Below, one piece after another: positions 15,048 to 28,324 of a DNA stretch of 64,000 nt. Made by a program: the position numbers and the translations under genes. The stretch's first letter is position 1; each line of letters begins with the position of its first letter. The notes beneath the pieces were generated by a model, which was given only the letters and a program-made list of their open reading frames with translations, made no database searches and was not told where the DNA came from. This DNA is from Eledone cirrhosa (lineage: Eukaryota): the NCBI GenBank assembly GCA_964016885.1, contig OZ024741.1:54498001-54562000 (forward strand). The letters run 5' to 3'.

Positions 15048-15146
<99 letters not shown>

Positions 15147-15264
15147 AAATTAAGATAAATCAAAGTGAATTTAATCAAAATTATGGGTGTCATGCCAAAA
15201 AGGCATGCGCCATATCACCCGTAGAATAAGCTCCAAGATTCTAATCAATAGGTCCGAGCATTTT

Positions 15265-15737
15265 ATAACAACTAGAAATTGATTAACATATAAATAAACA
15301 TATGAAACAATCACAAGGGATAATTTTTACAAGTATGTAAGCACACATAGCTAGGTAGGTAACTAAATAAAGGTAACTAGAACTTCAAAAATAGATACCT
15401 TATAATAGGATTAATCTTCCCTGTATATATTCCATTAAAGAAATATATTTCACAAATTAATCGAATGGTAAACCACGGAGGCCGATACTTGTATTTTCAA
15501 CTTGAAAATCCAAGTATCGGCCTCCGTGGTTTACCATTCGATTAATTGGTGAAATATATTTCTTTAATGGAATATATACAGGGAAGATTAATCATATTAT
15601 AAGGTATCTATTTTTGAAGTTCTAGTTACCTTTATTTAGTACCTACCTAGCTATGTGTGCTTACACACTTGTAAAAATTATCCCCTGTGATTGTTTCATA
15701 TGTTTATTTATATGTTAATCAATTTCTAGTTGTTATA
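15265..15737. repeat. Near-perfect palindrome, ~236-bp arms, 1-nt centre at 15501
   Basis: ...GATACTTGTATTTTCAA-C-TTGAAAATCCAAGTATC...; arms can be followed outward to ATAACAACTAG/CTAGTTGTTAT. Confidence 0.9.
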
Positions 15738-16184
15738 TATATATATATATATAATAAAAATTTGAACAGGGACAGAACAGAGAGGCAGTACGACAAATGT
15801 TTATTAGATTCACGCTCAGGAATATATATATATATATGCCTAGGAATCAGTTCATATAAAGATATATAAAATATTCTTAAGAGATCTATGATGTCATTGC
15901 TAAGCTACTATTATTTTAGCTATGTTCTCATTTTACATGCTGCTTAAGACAATTTAAGATGCTTGTCTGTTTAATGTGTCAATGCTATAGTATTGAGAAG
16001 AATGTAAAGGATTGCGTGCAACTACGGCTCTATTTGTATAAATACAGGAAGAAGACAATGGCATTGCCGGTTAATAATGGACCTCTTCTTGCTGAATCAG
16101 ATATAACAGAGTGTTTGGCTGAGATATTTTGCTGCTCCAGCAAGAATGGGGGAACTTCTGGACACTATTAATAAGACAAATAAT

Positions 16185-16357
16185 TGTTTCTACTTTTGGC
16201 ACAAGGCCAGCAATAATCCAGTTCATTACTGGTACTTTATTTTATCGACCCGGTAAGGATGAAAGGCGAAGTTAACCTCGGCGGGATTTGAACTCAGACC
16301 GTAAAGGGACGTAACTATGCTGGAAAGCATGGCGTCCGACCCTCTACCGATACTGCC
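16185..16357 (-). mobile_element. SINE-like insertion with 12-bp target-site duplication
   Basis: AAGACAAATAAT at 16173-16184 and 16358-16369 flanks a copy of the dispersed GAGTTCAAATCCCGCCGAGG repeat. Confidence 0.75.
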
Positions 16358-16934
16358 AAGACAAATAATAGTTGTTGTTTTTGTTTTGTTTTGTTTTTTA
16401 TCAACAGTAGATTCGATGTTCATACAAAACTCTCTTTAACAGTGAAACTATTGAAAGTAGAAATTAATTTTTACTGTATAAGATCTGTAATAATGTCAGT
16501 TTTATCTTAAAAGACAACAATTGCTGAAAGGGCTAGACTCTAATCATAACATCAAAATCTCTGAATATGTTCAAAGTTATTTACAACGTTATTTTGTAAG
16601 TCAGCTATTTTTTTTTGTTGTGTTTCTAAATTTAGAAAAATATTTAACCCCAGGAGAACGTGTAAGATATAATATGAAACAAATGTATTATAAATTGTAT
16701 GTAATCTACTGAGTGTCATACAAACCTATTAGAATATCTGAAGTGTATTTAAAGCGGCTGGTTGTATCCAAAGTTCAAATCCTGCCGAAGTAATCTTTGA
16801 CTTTCATTCTTCCGGGGTCGATAAATAACGAACCTGTCAAGAACGGTAAAACGGTGGTATTGTAAGAGAGATTGAAGGATGCATTTTGATATTTTTCCGA
16901 CACTTTAAATTCAGTGCAACTTTCTTATTTAGTA

Positions 16935-17660
16935 AATTTAATCCGTCGCCCGTTTTATCACCATCACTTTGCTATTATGTTCCATTATATGAGTCCAGTC
17001 TGTTCTAAACATTTCAGCAAGGTCATAGTTTGAGCATGTATTCATTCCCTCCCACCGGTTTTTAAGTGTTTCAAATGTGTCATGAGTTCTGTGCTTTATT
17101 CTCGTAAGAAACAGTAATAAAACAGTAGCCATTACCTCTGCAAACATATAGCCAGCCGTGTTTTTAATTTCTCTAATAATACATTTATGTGGAGAGAATT
17201 TTTGCACTCTTTTAGAATATACTCGCTAAAGAGATTCTCTACTTTCATTAATTTACTTGTAATATCCTGCAATGACTTTCCAATATTCGATTTTACAGAT
17301 CTAATCAACCATCTGCCAACCTTCAGGCTAAAGTTTCTCGGACAAGCATTTCGATTATTCATTTTTAAAGTCACCGTTTGATAAAATAAAATGTTCGTTT
17401 AATCATGCATGATTGTCTGTTCTATAGTAGATAGCAATTTTAGCAACGCACATGTTTTACATCCTTCTTCTACTGCCAACCGTACGTTCTTTGTTTCGTT
17501 TCGTTTTTATCTCCTTCGGAAACCTAATTTGATTTTCTATCGATGCAGGTTTAACTGTTTCTAGAAACTGTTCAATAGCTGAGCTGGTGATAGCGTATAT
17601 AATTGTGGCTAACATCAATTTTAATTAAAGCATTCGTGTATGCTCCAGCAAGAAATGCTA
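16935..17660 (-). mobile_element. Highly decayed Tc1/mariner-like transposase fragment
   Basis: Minus-strand pieces RNACPRNFSLKVGRWLIRSVKSN (GRPR-like) and WEGMNT..FRTDW..KVMVIKR resemble Tc1 N-terminal and early catalytic regions; no TIRs identified. Confidence 0.4.
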
Positions 17661-17762
17661 TACCATTTGAGACTTAATTCCGTGAGATACAAACATTCTA
17701 AGACGTCGGCATAATTTAGAAATTGCAAAAAGGTTTGTATCAATGGTATATATGTTTATATA

Positions 17763-17895
<133 letters not shown>

Positions 17896-17980
17896 GTATA
17901 TGTATGTATATATGTCTATATATACTATATATATATAAACAATATATATATATATTATACATATATATATATATATATAT

Positions 17981-20003
17981 ATAGGAACGAGTAGGACCCC
18001 GACGGCTGAGCTCAAGCCGTTTCGACGGCTAATTCTGGACTAAATGAAAATGTTTATCCTGGTACATGAATAGCCGAGCTTCTCAGGGGGTAATTCCATA
18101 TATGGTAAAAGTGATTGTCACAAGGATTGGTCAAAAGTTTGTTGTTGAGACACATAATTCTATCATAGCATTTTGTGGAAGGAAGGGGTAGCTGAAATTG
18201 CCAGTAGAAGAAAGAGGGAGAGGGAGTGGAGGAAACCCAGTCGTGTGTTGATAGTGCCAACTACAGCAGAATCCTAAGGATAAGAGGTCAAGAGAAGTAT
18301 ACTAGGGAGGGGGAGGGGGAGGAAGTCGAGACAATAAGTAAATCAATATGGAGAAAATATATAGAAGAACAATAAGAATGTTAAAAATATGAAAAAAACA
18401 ATTTCTGGTTACTATTCCCCTACCACAATCATCAAGTCTCTCACTGGTACTGCTAAACTATAGAAAAATTTAATAGGTGGGACGGAATACTAAATACGAG
18501 ATTGTAGTGAAAGAATTTTATGAGTTAGTAGTAATCGTCCAAATCTATCTTACAGTGACAGGTCAACAAGTAGGGGGCCAAAATACTAAAGAAACTACTA
18601 CGAAATAATAATTCAAATCCCGAAACTAGTACGAAATAATAATTCAGAATCCCGAAAATGAATACTAATACGATATATAAGAGTGCCGCTACGATACATA
18701 AATTCTAATACAAACTACATAAATGCTCGTTCGATATATATGAAATATTTAATACGAAAAATTGATTCAGAATACCCCCCCCCCCCCCCCCCGCCCCGCA
18801 AAAAAAATACTGATATACGAGAAACTAAAGCAGAGATACCACTAAGAAATCTAGAAATCACGAAAATGGGGCAGCAATCAGATAAGAAAGCAAGTATCTG
18901 GGGTCTATCACGACTGCTATAAAAAGCGGAGTCGGTCAATTCTATCATAGAATAGGGGATGGGGGTGGGGATACTGAGGCTACAAAGGACCGAAGGGCTG
19001 CCGCTTTTTATAGCAGATGTGATAGACCCCAGATACTTGCTTTCTTATCCGATTGCTGCCCCATTTCCGTGATTTCTAGATTTCTTAGTGGTATCTCTGC
19101 TTTAGTTTCTCGTATATCAGTATTTTTTTTTGGGGGGGGGGTATTCTGAATGAATTTTTCGCATTAAATTTTTCATATATATCGAACGAGCATTTATGTA
19201 GATTGTATTAGAATTTATGTATCGTAGCGGCACTCTTATATATCGTATTAGTATTCATTTTCGGGATTCTGAATTATTATTTCGTATTAGTTTCGGGAAT
19301 TGAATTATTATTTCGTAGTAGTTTCTTTAGTATTTTGGCCCCCTACTTGTTGACCTGTCACTGTAAGATAGATTTGGACGATTACTACTAACTCATAAAA
19401 TTCTTTCACTACAATCTCCTATTTAGTATTCCGTCCCACCTATTAAACTTTTCTATAGTTTAGCAGTACCAGTGAGAGACTTGATGATTGTGGTAGGGGA
19501 ATAGTAACCAGAAATTGTTTTTTTTATATTTTTAACATTCTTATTGTTCTTCTATATATTTACTCCATATTGATTTACTTATTGTCTCGACTTACTCCCC
19601 CTCCCCCTCCCTAGTATACTTCTCTTGACCTCTTATCCTTAGGATTCTGCTGCAGTTGGCACTATCAACGTTGGACTGGGTTTCCTCCACTCCCTCTCCC
19701 TCTTTCTTCTACTGGCAAGTTCAGCTACCCCTTCCTACCACAAAATGCTTTGATAGAATTATGAGTCTCAACAACAAACTTTTGACCAATCCTTGTGACA
19801 ATCACTTTTACCATATATGGAATGAGAAGCACGGCTATTCATGTACCAGGATAAAAATGTTCATTTAGTCCAGAATTAGCCGTCGAAAAGGCTTGAGCTC
19901 AGCCGTCGGGGTCCTACTCGTTCCTATTACCCACTCTACTACTCTAAGTATTGAGTACTTTGGTGCGTTATGGTCCATCTGGTTCCTTACCACATTTCCT
20001 TCG

Positions 20004-20005
<2 letters not shown>
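17981..20005. mobile_element. Non-coding PLE terminal-repeat foldback: ~0.93-kb inverted arms (17981-18929 / 19001-19927) in (TA)n
   Basis: Arms are reverse complements; terminal sequence matches the PLE ends at 42737-43050 and 46600-46837. Confidence 0.85.
17996..18091 (-). ncRNA. Type I hammerhead, probably decayed (core CUGAGAA, C3-A8 mismatch)
   Basis: Minus strand: CCCC-CTGAGAA-stem II CGGCTA/TAGCCG-GAAAC-GGCT/AGCC-GTC-GGGG. Confidence 0.55.
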
Positions 20006-20078
<73 letters not shown>

Positions 20079-20381
20079 TATATAGATACACATATATTAT
20101 ATATATATATATATATGTTTCGTTTCTGAATTTGTTTAGCAAGATTCTTTATCTGAAAACGTGTGTTAAAACCGATATTGTTATGCTTTGGGAGGGTCAT
20201 GTTGCCAATAAGAAACACACAATTTATAAATTCCCGGTTGGTTGGTTGGTTCTACAACCGGGCGGTTGTTCATATATTGTCAAAGTTCTTTCGTCACACA
20301 TTCTGTGACCTCTTCTGTCCTACGCCATCTTCTTGAAGATGGTGTAGGACAGAAAAAGGAGAACAAAGAAAAGAATCCCCA

Positions 20382-20423
20382 GTCACTGAAGAGGTCACAG
20401 AATGTGTGACGAAAGAACTTTGA
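20382..20423 (+). ncRNA. Minimal type I hammerhead (5' terminal-repeat copy)
   Basis: GTCA-CTGAAGA (20386)-GGTCACA/TGTGAC-GAAA (20411)-GAAC-TT-TGA. Confidence 0.55.
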
Positions 20424-20469
20424 AAATATATGAACAACCGTCCGGTTGTGGAACCAACCAACCAACTGC

Positions 20470-22615
20470 AAATGGCTTGCGTAAGCTCATGCAGCGCTCG
20501 CGTAATGGAGAGATAGCATGCTTTCCAACAGACAAGTCTGGCAGAATGTCGGTTGACAGCCTGCCAAACTACATCCAGGCAATGCAACCCCACATCACTA
20601 ACACAAGAGAAGTAACACCACAGGAGCATGAGGATAGAGAAAAAGCCCTCAATGCCCATATGGTGATGTGGACGAATATAATGCAGCCCAACAAAAGGAC
20701 TGCCAACAACTTCCAGGCCTGGAACAATGACGTCCGGCGTTGTATGGGCTTCGAAAAGACCATAAAACGGGTAGTGACCCTGTCACGGGACCACCAACAT
20801 GGCCAGTCTGTGGAGCTAACATTGCTAGTAACTACAGACTGTCCTACTTCCTCTCCCTGATCATACACCCCATCATTGAAATGTCCCCAGATGTATGTGA
20901 CAGCATGGAGGACCTCCTCAGCAGAATCGGCGAGAGTAACCGATCTAGGGACCTAACAAACTGCATAATAGGTAGTATGGATGTTGTGTCCCTGTATCCA
21001 TCTATTGACGTGGATTTTGCTGTGGAGAAATGCGTAGAAATGATCAGTGAGAGCGATGTTGAGTTCCGTGGAATTGATACCAGTGAGCTGGGACTCCTAC
21101 TTAAGCTTACCTATAGTAATAATTACATAGACACATATGACCTACAAGACCAGCAAGAGGCAGACCACCTACCATTACCTCAATGGCCAAGAAAACCCAC
21201 ACAGATAGAGGGAACGGGTGGACCAGAGCCATACGGACACCCGAAAACCACGATGAACTGAAGAAAATGATTGCACACGGGGTGGGGGCCAGCAGAAAAT
21301 TAACCCTTAAGGAACATATGTTCAAATTTAATGGAAAAACCTATTCCCAAGAGGAAGGAGCAGCCATTGGTGTTAGCATTGCAGGCGACATAGCTAACTT
21401 ATTCATGGTATGGTGGGACAGTAGACTTAAACTTAAACTTAAAGAAAATTAGAAGACCCCTTAACCCTGATAATGTACTCCCGCTACGTTGATGATATAA
21501 ACATCGTAGTTAAAACACCCCCACTAGAGAACAGTCAGGAATTAGAGAAAAACACAATGGAAAGCATCCAGCAAATAGCTAACTCCATCCACCAGAGTAT
21601 TAGAGTTACTATAGACTACCCAAGTAAACACCCCAACCATCGATTACCTGTACTAGACACAGAGCTCTGGTTAGATACCATTAATAACAAAAAACAAATC
21701 CTCCATTCCCATTATGCCAAACCCATGACTTCCAAATATCTGATCCACCGAAACTCAGCTGTTTCGGACCATACCAAAATCAACATACTGATTGCGGATT
21801 TGGTACGGGTGATGAGAAACGTGTCCCGCATGTGCAACCCCGAAGAACTAGAGAGACACATACAACACTTCATCCACCGTATGCAGTTCTCTGGTTACAA
21901 TCGGAGAGATAAAATCAGAGTGTATAGAGGAGCCAGAACCAAATGGGAAAAAATGGTAAATAATGACACAAATGGGACCTGCCCCTTGCATAGGAGCAAA
22001 TTTTGGAATAGAATAGAAAGAACTAGGAATAAGGCTAATAGAACAAATTCATGGTATGATAGCAATAAATACCAGAGTGTAATGTTCATCGATACAACCC
22101 CTAGAGGTGAATTAGCTTACAAATTTAGAAGGGCCCTAGATAAAAATAAACTCAATATTAACATAGTAGAAAGACCAGGTACCTCCGTAAAATCACTTAT
22201 TAGCAAGACATACCCTTTTCAAAGACCCCCCTGTATAGATAAGAATAGTATAACCTGTAAATTAAGCCCCCATATTAACTGTAAAACTAGAAATGTAGTA
22301 TATAGCATAAGATGTACTGAAGGACAATGTAGAGATAAAAATATAGTGTACATAGGTGAGACAGCTCGTAGTGTAGGGGAACGGATAAATGAACACTGGC
22401 GAGACCTTCAACATAGTAAAGAATCATCTGTACTCTACCAACATGCTAAAATAGAACATAAGGGTAAATTAGAGAACATAGAAATAAAAATAGAATCTAC
22501 ACACAGAAAAGACGCAATGTTTAGACAAATCACAGAGGCAATAAACATAAAAGAATTACAACCAAAATTAAATAGAAAATATGAGTGGAACAGCAACATC
22601 ACAACTTACAATTAA
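20470..22615 (+). pseudogene. PLE polyprotein (RT + Cys-rich linker + GIY-YIG endonuclease), frameshifted
   Basis: PTDKSGR, YGLRKDHK, GSMDVVSLYPSID, GAAIGVSIAGDIANLFM, YSRYVDD, LPVLD, NVVYSIRC..YIGETARSVGERINEH..RQITEAINI..PKLN across four ORFs; 21473-22615 is open for 380 aa. Confidence 0.9.
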
Positions 22616-22816
22616 GGACAAATGAAAACACACACGCACATAGAACAAACAACCAACCTGTAACATGTAAATAAACAAATAAATAAACGAATATAAACAC
22701 ACACAGACACCCGGATGTGGCGCATGCGCAGACTGAGCACACAACACACACACACAGAAACAAAATGGCGTAGGACAGAACAAAGGAGAGGCACAAAAAC
22801 AAAGAAAAGAATCCCA

Positions 22817-22859
22817 GTCACTGAAGAGGTCACAGAGTGTGTGACGAAAGAACTTTGAC
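22817..22859 (+). ncRNA. Minimal type I hammerhead (3' terminal-repeat copy)
   Basis: Stem I GTCA/TGAC, CTGAAGA (22821), stem II GTCACA/TGTGAC, GAAA (22846), 2-bp stem III, CUU triplet. Confidence 0.65.
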
Positions 22860-23135
22860 AATATAAAAACAACCATCTGGTTGTGGAACCAACCAACCAA
22901 CCGGAAATTCATAAATTCCTAAATTTATAAATTTATTATAATAAATTGAAGTGAAACAGCTGGTGCGTGTGTTTGTTATTGGCAACATGACCCTCCCAAA
23001 GTATAACAATATCGGTTTCAACACACGTTTTCAGATAAAGAATCTTGCTAAACAAATTCAGAAACGAAATATATATATATATATATATATATAAAGATAT
23101 ATATATATATATATAAATATATATGTATGTATATA

Positions 23136-23179
<44 letters not shown>

Positions 23180-24156
23180 CATACAGGTGTGTGTGTATGT
23201 GTGTATACATATATGTTATAGTTACTCTGAACATAGATTAGACTACTCTACTCAAAGAAAGAAACGTTTAGGTATATGAAAGAAATTATATATGGACAAT
23301 ATATTTCTAGATAAATATGTTGGAATGCGATTGGATTGCCATAAATGGAACGGATTTTCGAGTAGGTCAGCTCGAGCATTGCTCGTCTGGGCCTAAATCC
23401 CAACAACAATAGTCAAGAAAATAATAATTAAATTTGAGTTGTTCGATCAGTCGAACTACATTTTCCTTGTATTATAGTGTACGTGGATGGACAATGGATT
23501 AGTAGTATCAGTTGAAAATCAGTCAAAATTATTGTGTTTAGTTACGAATTCTACGTTTCAGTTCAAATCCCTCATTCTTCCAAGATTGATAAAATGAAGT
23601 ACCAGTAAAGTACTGCGTCGGTATAATCGACTTTGTTTCTTTTGGCATACAAATATATACTATTATATATACGTATATATATATGTATATATATATAAAT
23701 ATATAAATATACATATATATATATATATGTATATTTATATATTTTTCTGAGGTAGAGTTATTTTATTTTATCTGGGTACCTATTGATAAACACAGAAAAA
23801 GTATATTAACTCACTGCTAATTAGTTAATTATTTTACTATTATACCATCCTTTGTGAAACATGTTTGAAGTTTGAAATTCTGACCGATCTGCGGAAAAAG
23901 TTTGTATTTTGAATTTTAAACGTGTCTAGGTACCAAGGCTTTTTGCCCATATGAGTCTGTGAGTATTGATTTATTATTTTCTAGATCGTACAGGCAGACT
24001 TTATGTTGTTGAATTAAGATTTTTCACTCTAGCGATCTTATTAGTCAATTGCAACTAAAACATGTAAATGTTCATCAAATATTAATTTATACTGCTCAGA
24101 AGCGATTCCTAGAGCTGAAATGATTGTAAATGACCCCATTGAGTCTAAACTCTAAG

Positions 24157-24203
<47 letters not shown>

Positions 24204-24356
24204 TATATATATATATAGGGCGGGTAAAATTTCCGAGATCCATGCACGAGTTCTCTCCAGCGGTCTCTGTCCCTCATCATCGCTGCCATGTCCTGCGTCT
24301 CCAAGAGACCACTATCTGTCCTTAGGGCTCCAACATGTGTCAATATATATATATAT

Positions 24357-24938
24357 ATTGTTATACTTTGGGAGGGTCAAGATGCAAATAAAACACACGC
24401 ACCTGTTGGTTTTCACTGCAATTTATTATAAATTTCCGGTTGGTCTTTCGTCACATCTTCTATGACCTCCTCAGTGACTAAGTTTTTATTTTGTGTGTCT
24501 CTCCTTTGTTCTATCCTACACCAGCTTGTTTTCATGTGTTGTGTGTTGTGTGCTTAGTTTGCGCATGCGTTAGATCCGCGTGTGTGTGGGTGTGTGTGTG
24601 TTTATTTATTTATGTTTATTACTTGTCACTAGTTAGATATTTGATATATCTGTGTCTCTGATTTATTTTGTTAGTTTGGTTTTTATATGTGTCTGTATGT
24701 CTTCATTTTGTCCTTAATTACTAGTTGTGATGTTGCTATTCCACTCATGTTTTATGTTCAATCTTGGTTGGAGTTCGTTTATATTTGTTGCCTCTGAGAT
24801 TTGTCTGAGTATTGCATCTTTTCTGTGTGCGGATATCATTTTTATCTCTATTTTCTCTACTGTGCCCCCAGTATTTTGGCAGAACCCCAAAGAATTAGAG
24901 AGACACATACAACACTTCATCCACCACGTGCAGTTCTC
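24357..24938 (-). mobile_element. Short PLE 3' fragment related to the 20-23 kb element, with small inverted piece (~24880-24938)
   Basis: IEIKMISAHRKDAILRQISEATNINELQPRLN (24714-24920 -); terminus ATTGTTATACTTTGGGAGGGTCA; partial HHR CTGAGGA...GAAAG at ~24445-24480. Confidence 0.8.
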
Positions 24939-25279
24939 ATATATATATATATGTGCAAAAATAGACTATATATATATACATATGTATGTTCTTCTCGTTT
25001 TATTTTATTTTTAACAATGTTTAATAATTTTTTTCCAATAGAGAGAGAGTCGGTTTCTAACAGTTACAGGACTCTCTCATTGGGATTTACGCATCAACTA
25101 GGTAGATATGTATGTATGTCTGCATGCATGCATGTGTGTGCAGGTATGGATTTTATTGGGTGTGTGGATGTGGATGTTTCGAGTTACATGTGTGCATTAC
25201 ATATGCTTTGTATCTGTACATGTGTATATGCAGTTATTAAATGAAGTTATTAAATGCAGAATTTTGGAATATTTTACAC

Positions 25280-28200
25280 AATTTTACTGTACCATTAATG
25301 GATTGTACTCGTAATTTCCTAACTAGTTGTGTTCTTTCTGTTCTGTGAAGCCCAGCTTCTCAAGATTTGTGTTGAGGCAGTTACTAACAAATTCCAGTGC
25401 CCCAATAATCACAGGTATAAATCTGAAGATAAAATTAGAGTGGAGTATCTGCAGATTTCTCCTTAGTTCTACATATATATTATCCTTTTCGTTAATCTTT
25501 AATATTATATTGGCATCTGCTGGGCAGCTAACTTCCACCACTATGCATGTCTTCTTTTCGCTGTCCCATATATCTGGTCTCTTATGCTTGCATTTTATTT
25601 GGGTTTTACTGGAACATGCTACCAGCACTCATTCATATTATGCATGTACATGTCTTCCACATTGCTGTAGCTTTTAATGTGTTTATTGTCGAAGCTATCT
25701 TTTCTACGGATTGCATTGTACAGTGTTTTGGCCACTTCCTCATGCCTCATAGGTAGATAGTACCGTGATGACATCTTTGGACAGCTGCTTATAACATGGG
25801 TGACATCTTTAATGTTAATTCTGCAGAGTCTGCACTTGTTGTCACATCTAGATGATTTGACTGCATCCCTATCTCTTTTGTGAATCAGGTATTTCGTGTT
25901 GATTTCATGTTCTTAGATTGAAAAAGCATATCCTTCAAATATTTGTTCGTCCCAGATAGACTACTTTGTTTATATATATTACTCTCACTCTGGAGCTTCC
26001 TGGCAACATATCCATGCACGATTTTTTGCTGATAAGCATGCAGTTTATCATCCATTGATTCGCTGTGGTATTGATGGGCGATTTCCCTGGGTTTGAGTTT
26101 TTGATTAACATGCAGGGAGTATCTTTCAAGAGTTCCTTCCCAACTCTCATGATCTTATGTCTCATGCGGACAGACTTGCTCAATAGATGGGCTCCTACGC
26201 TTGGAGGTTCGTAAATGTTGTCGGAGGGATATGATGCGCCATTCAAATACTGTCTGGACTGATGTTAGGCCTCTGCCTCCCTGCTTACGTTTCAAGTAGA
26301 GCTGGTCTATGTCACTGTTGATGTGGATATTTCCGTTGTTGTTTGGAATTTTTCAAGTTTTGACATCAGCTGCTCGGATTTCGTCTATCGTCCACTCGAG
26401 TATTCCAAACGTTGGTGTTAGGACAGGCACAGCAAACACACTGTAAGCCACTGTCTTATTTTGCTTAGACCATATTTTTCTAAATCGTTTTTTGCGCAGA
26501 GAGTTCCGATGACCAGATCTTTCTTAATCGGGTGTAGTATTCCCTGGTTACGCGTTCCTTATTACAGATACCATTATAGGATATGTTCTCATCTATCCCC
26601 AGGTATCTGTAGCAGTCCTCATCAGATATTGGTGAAACAGTTAGGCCATTGATGACAATGTTGCTAGATTGGGTTGTTTTTCCCCGCTTTACAGTCGTAT
26701 ATGTGCATTTATCTTGGGCAAACTCCGTTTCTATATCCATTGAGAATGTTGTTACCAGGTCATATTTTTTCTTGATTCCATTTATGTTCTTGGCATAAAG
26801 TTTCGGGTCATCCACCTTGAAATTATGTGTTAAGTTCGTAATTCTGTCCTCCTGTGAGCCAATGATGTATCCCTCACATTTCTTGAGCAGAAAGGACAAG
26901 GGGTTTAATGACAAGATAAATAATATCACAGAAAGACTGTCTCCTTGAAATATACCCCTGCGATATTTTATTTTATCAGTGAAAATAGAGTCCTCCCTCT
27001 CTGTCTTTAACCTTCGGATAGTAGCCCAAGAAAAAGACAGCCTCTCTATGGCTCTGATAATAAGGTCTGGGATTTTAGGAAGTCGGAGGGCCTCTCTCGT
27101 CCGAGAGTGGGGAACAGAATCAAATGCTTTCCTGTAGTCCAGCCAGACTGTAGTCATATTTCTCCTAAGTTATCGAACCTCCGACATCGCAGTTTTGTTA
27201 ATTAGGAGTTGTTCAGCACACCCTCAAACACCTGTCTTTCCAGCTGCTTGTTCATCCATAATGATGTCATTACTTTTGCCGGGATCTTGGAGAAATAGGT
27301 TGAGAAGGCTGTATACATCTTATACATCATATTCTGGCATGCAATGGGTCGGTAGTTTTTTGCCAAGTGGGTGTTTTTGTTCTTGGTGACCAGTATTGTT
27401 TGTGTTAATGTCAACCATTCTGGTATAAGTGTATCTCTCTTGAGAGGTTGTTGGTCGAGGTCGATAAGATACATTCGATAGAATATCAGTTTTTTATACA
27501 AGTAGCCGACAATGAAGTCTCTTCCTGAAGTTTTCTCATCTTGGAGTTATCCTATCACAGTCTCAAGAGTATCCTCATTTATTTCATATGTTTTTGTTGT
27601 GGTGTAGGGGCAATAGTTCTTTTGGATTTCTCTTAACCACACTGTTTCTTGGTTGAAATTCTTCTTTTCACCCCATATTTTTGTCCCGAAGGAATCTATG
27701 TCTTTCTGGCATGGGGCCTCAGAGACACTTATTATTTTGCCCTTCATATCTCTATAGACTGATGTTTGGTCTCGTCTGAATCCTTTATTAAGCACATTTC
27801 TTTCATCTACCCTCCTCGGGTATCGACGTTTCTCGCAGACAGCTCTCAAGTTTTGTTTGAGGGTGATCAGCTTTGTTTTTGTTTGTTTTTGATTGCAAGT
27901 AAGAGGCATTGTCACATATCCTATAGTTTTCCATAGGTCAGCAATGTTTTTTTTTCTATTTTGGTTATATATGACGGTATCTTTTGTGGTGCTTTTTTCT
28001 TGTTAATATCTCTGCTATCACCAAGATAATGCTTCACTGTCGTTGCTAGGGCATATACGCAGGCGTTGATTTGCCAAAATGTGGGGGTTTTAATTCGTCG
28101 TAAATATTCATCCCCTATTTCGTTAATAGCACGGAAGATTTCATTATTTGGTTTGCTGTGCTTTAATATTGTTGTTTTATTACCTTCAGCAAGAGAACTG
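25280..28200 (-). mobile_element. Degenerate R4/Dong-like non-LTR retrotransposon (RT + CCHC + restriction-like endonuclease)
   Basis: NYRPIAC, WLDYRKAFDSVPH, RGIFQGDSLSVILF, YRYLGI; CRLC..THVISSC zinc knuckle (~25840-25780); RPDI..IVVEVSCP and PVIIGAL endonuclease motifs (25323-25628). Confidence 0.85.
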
Positions 28201-28324
28201 TTTATACAAGAATTAATTTCTTAAAGGAAATGTTTAGACCGAGCTGAGGATCCGAATAAGGTGAAACATTTGTTCTTGGTATGGTGAACTAACTGTTGTG
28301 GAACTACTTCTATATATATTTATA

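Larger units (their letters stand above)
11335..15052. mobile_element. Rearranged Penelope-like element: + fragment (11335-12465), - fragment (12466-13800), + fragment with terminal repeat (13801-15052)
   Basis: RT motifs GAAIGVSIAGDVANLFM and YSRYVDD (13052-13729 -); GIY-YIG NVVYSIRC..YIGETARSIGKRIDQH (12466-13179 -); Cys-rich linker; flanked by (TA)n at both ends. Confidence 0.9.
20118..23070 (+). mobile_element. 5'-truncated Penelope-like element with inverted + partial direct terminal repeat at the 5' end and full terminal repeat at the 3' end
   Basis: Terminal sequence 22770-23070 is repeated inverted at 20118-20325 and direct at ~20340-20467; (TA)n on both flanks. Confidence 0.9.

Noticed and set aside
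19820-19912. Intact hammerhead in the right arm of the 18-20 kb foldback
   Set aside because: Stem I 5' strand and the first core base are deleted, and GAAAC is mutated to GAAAA.
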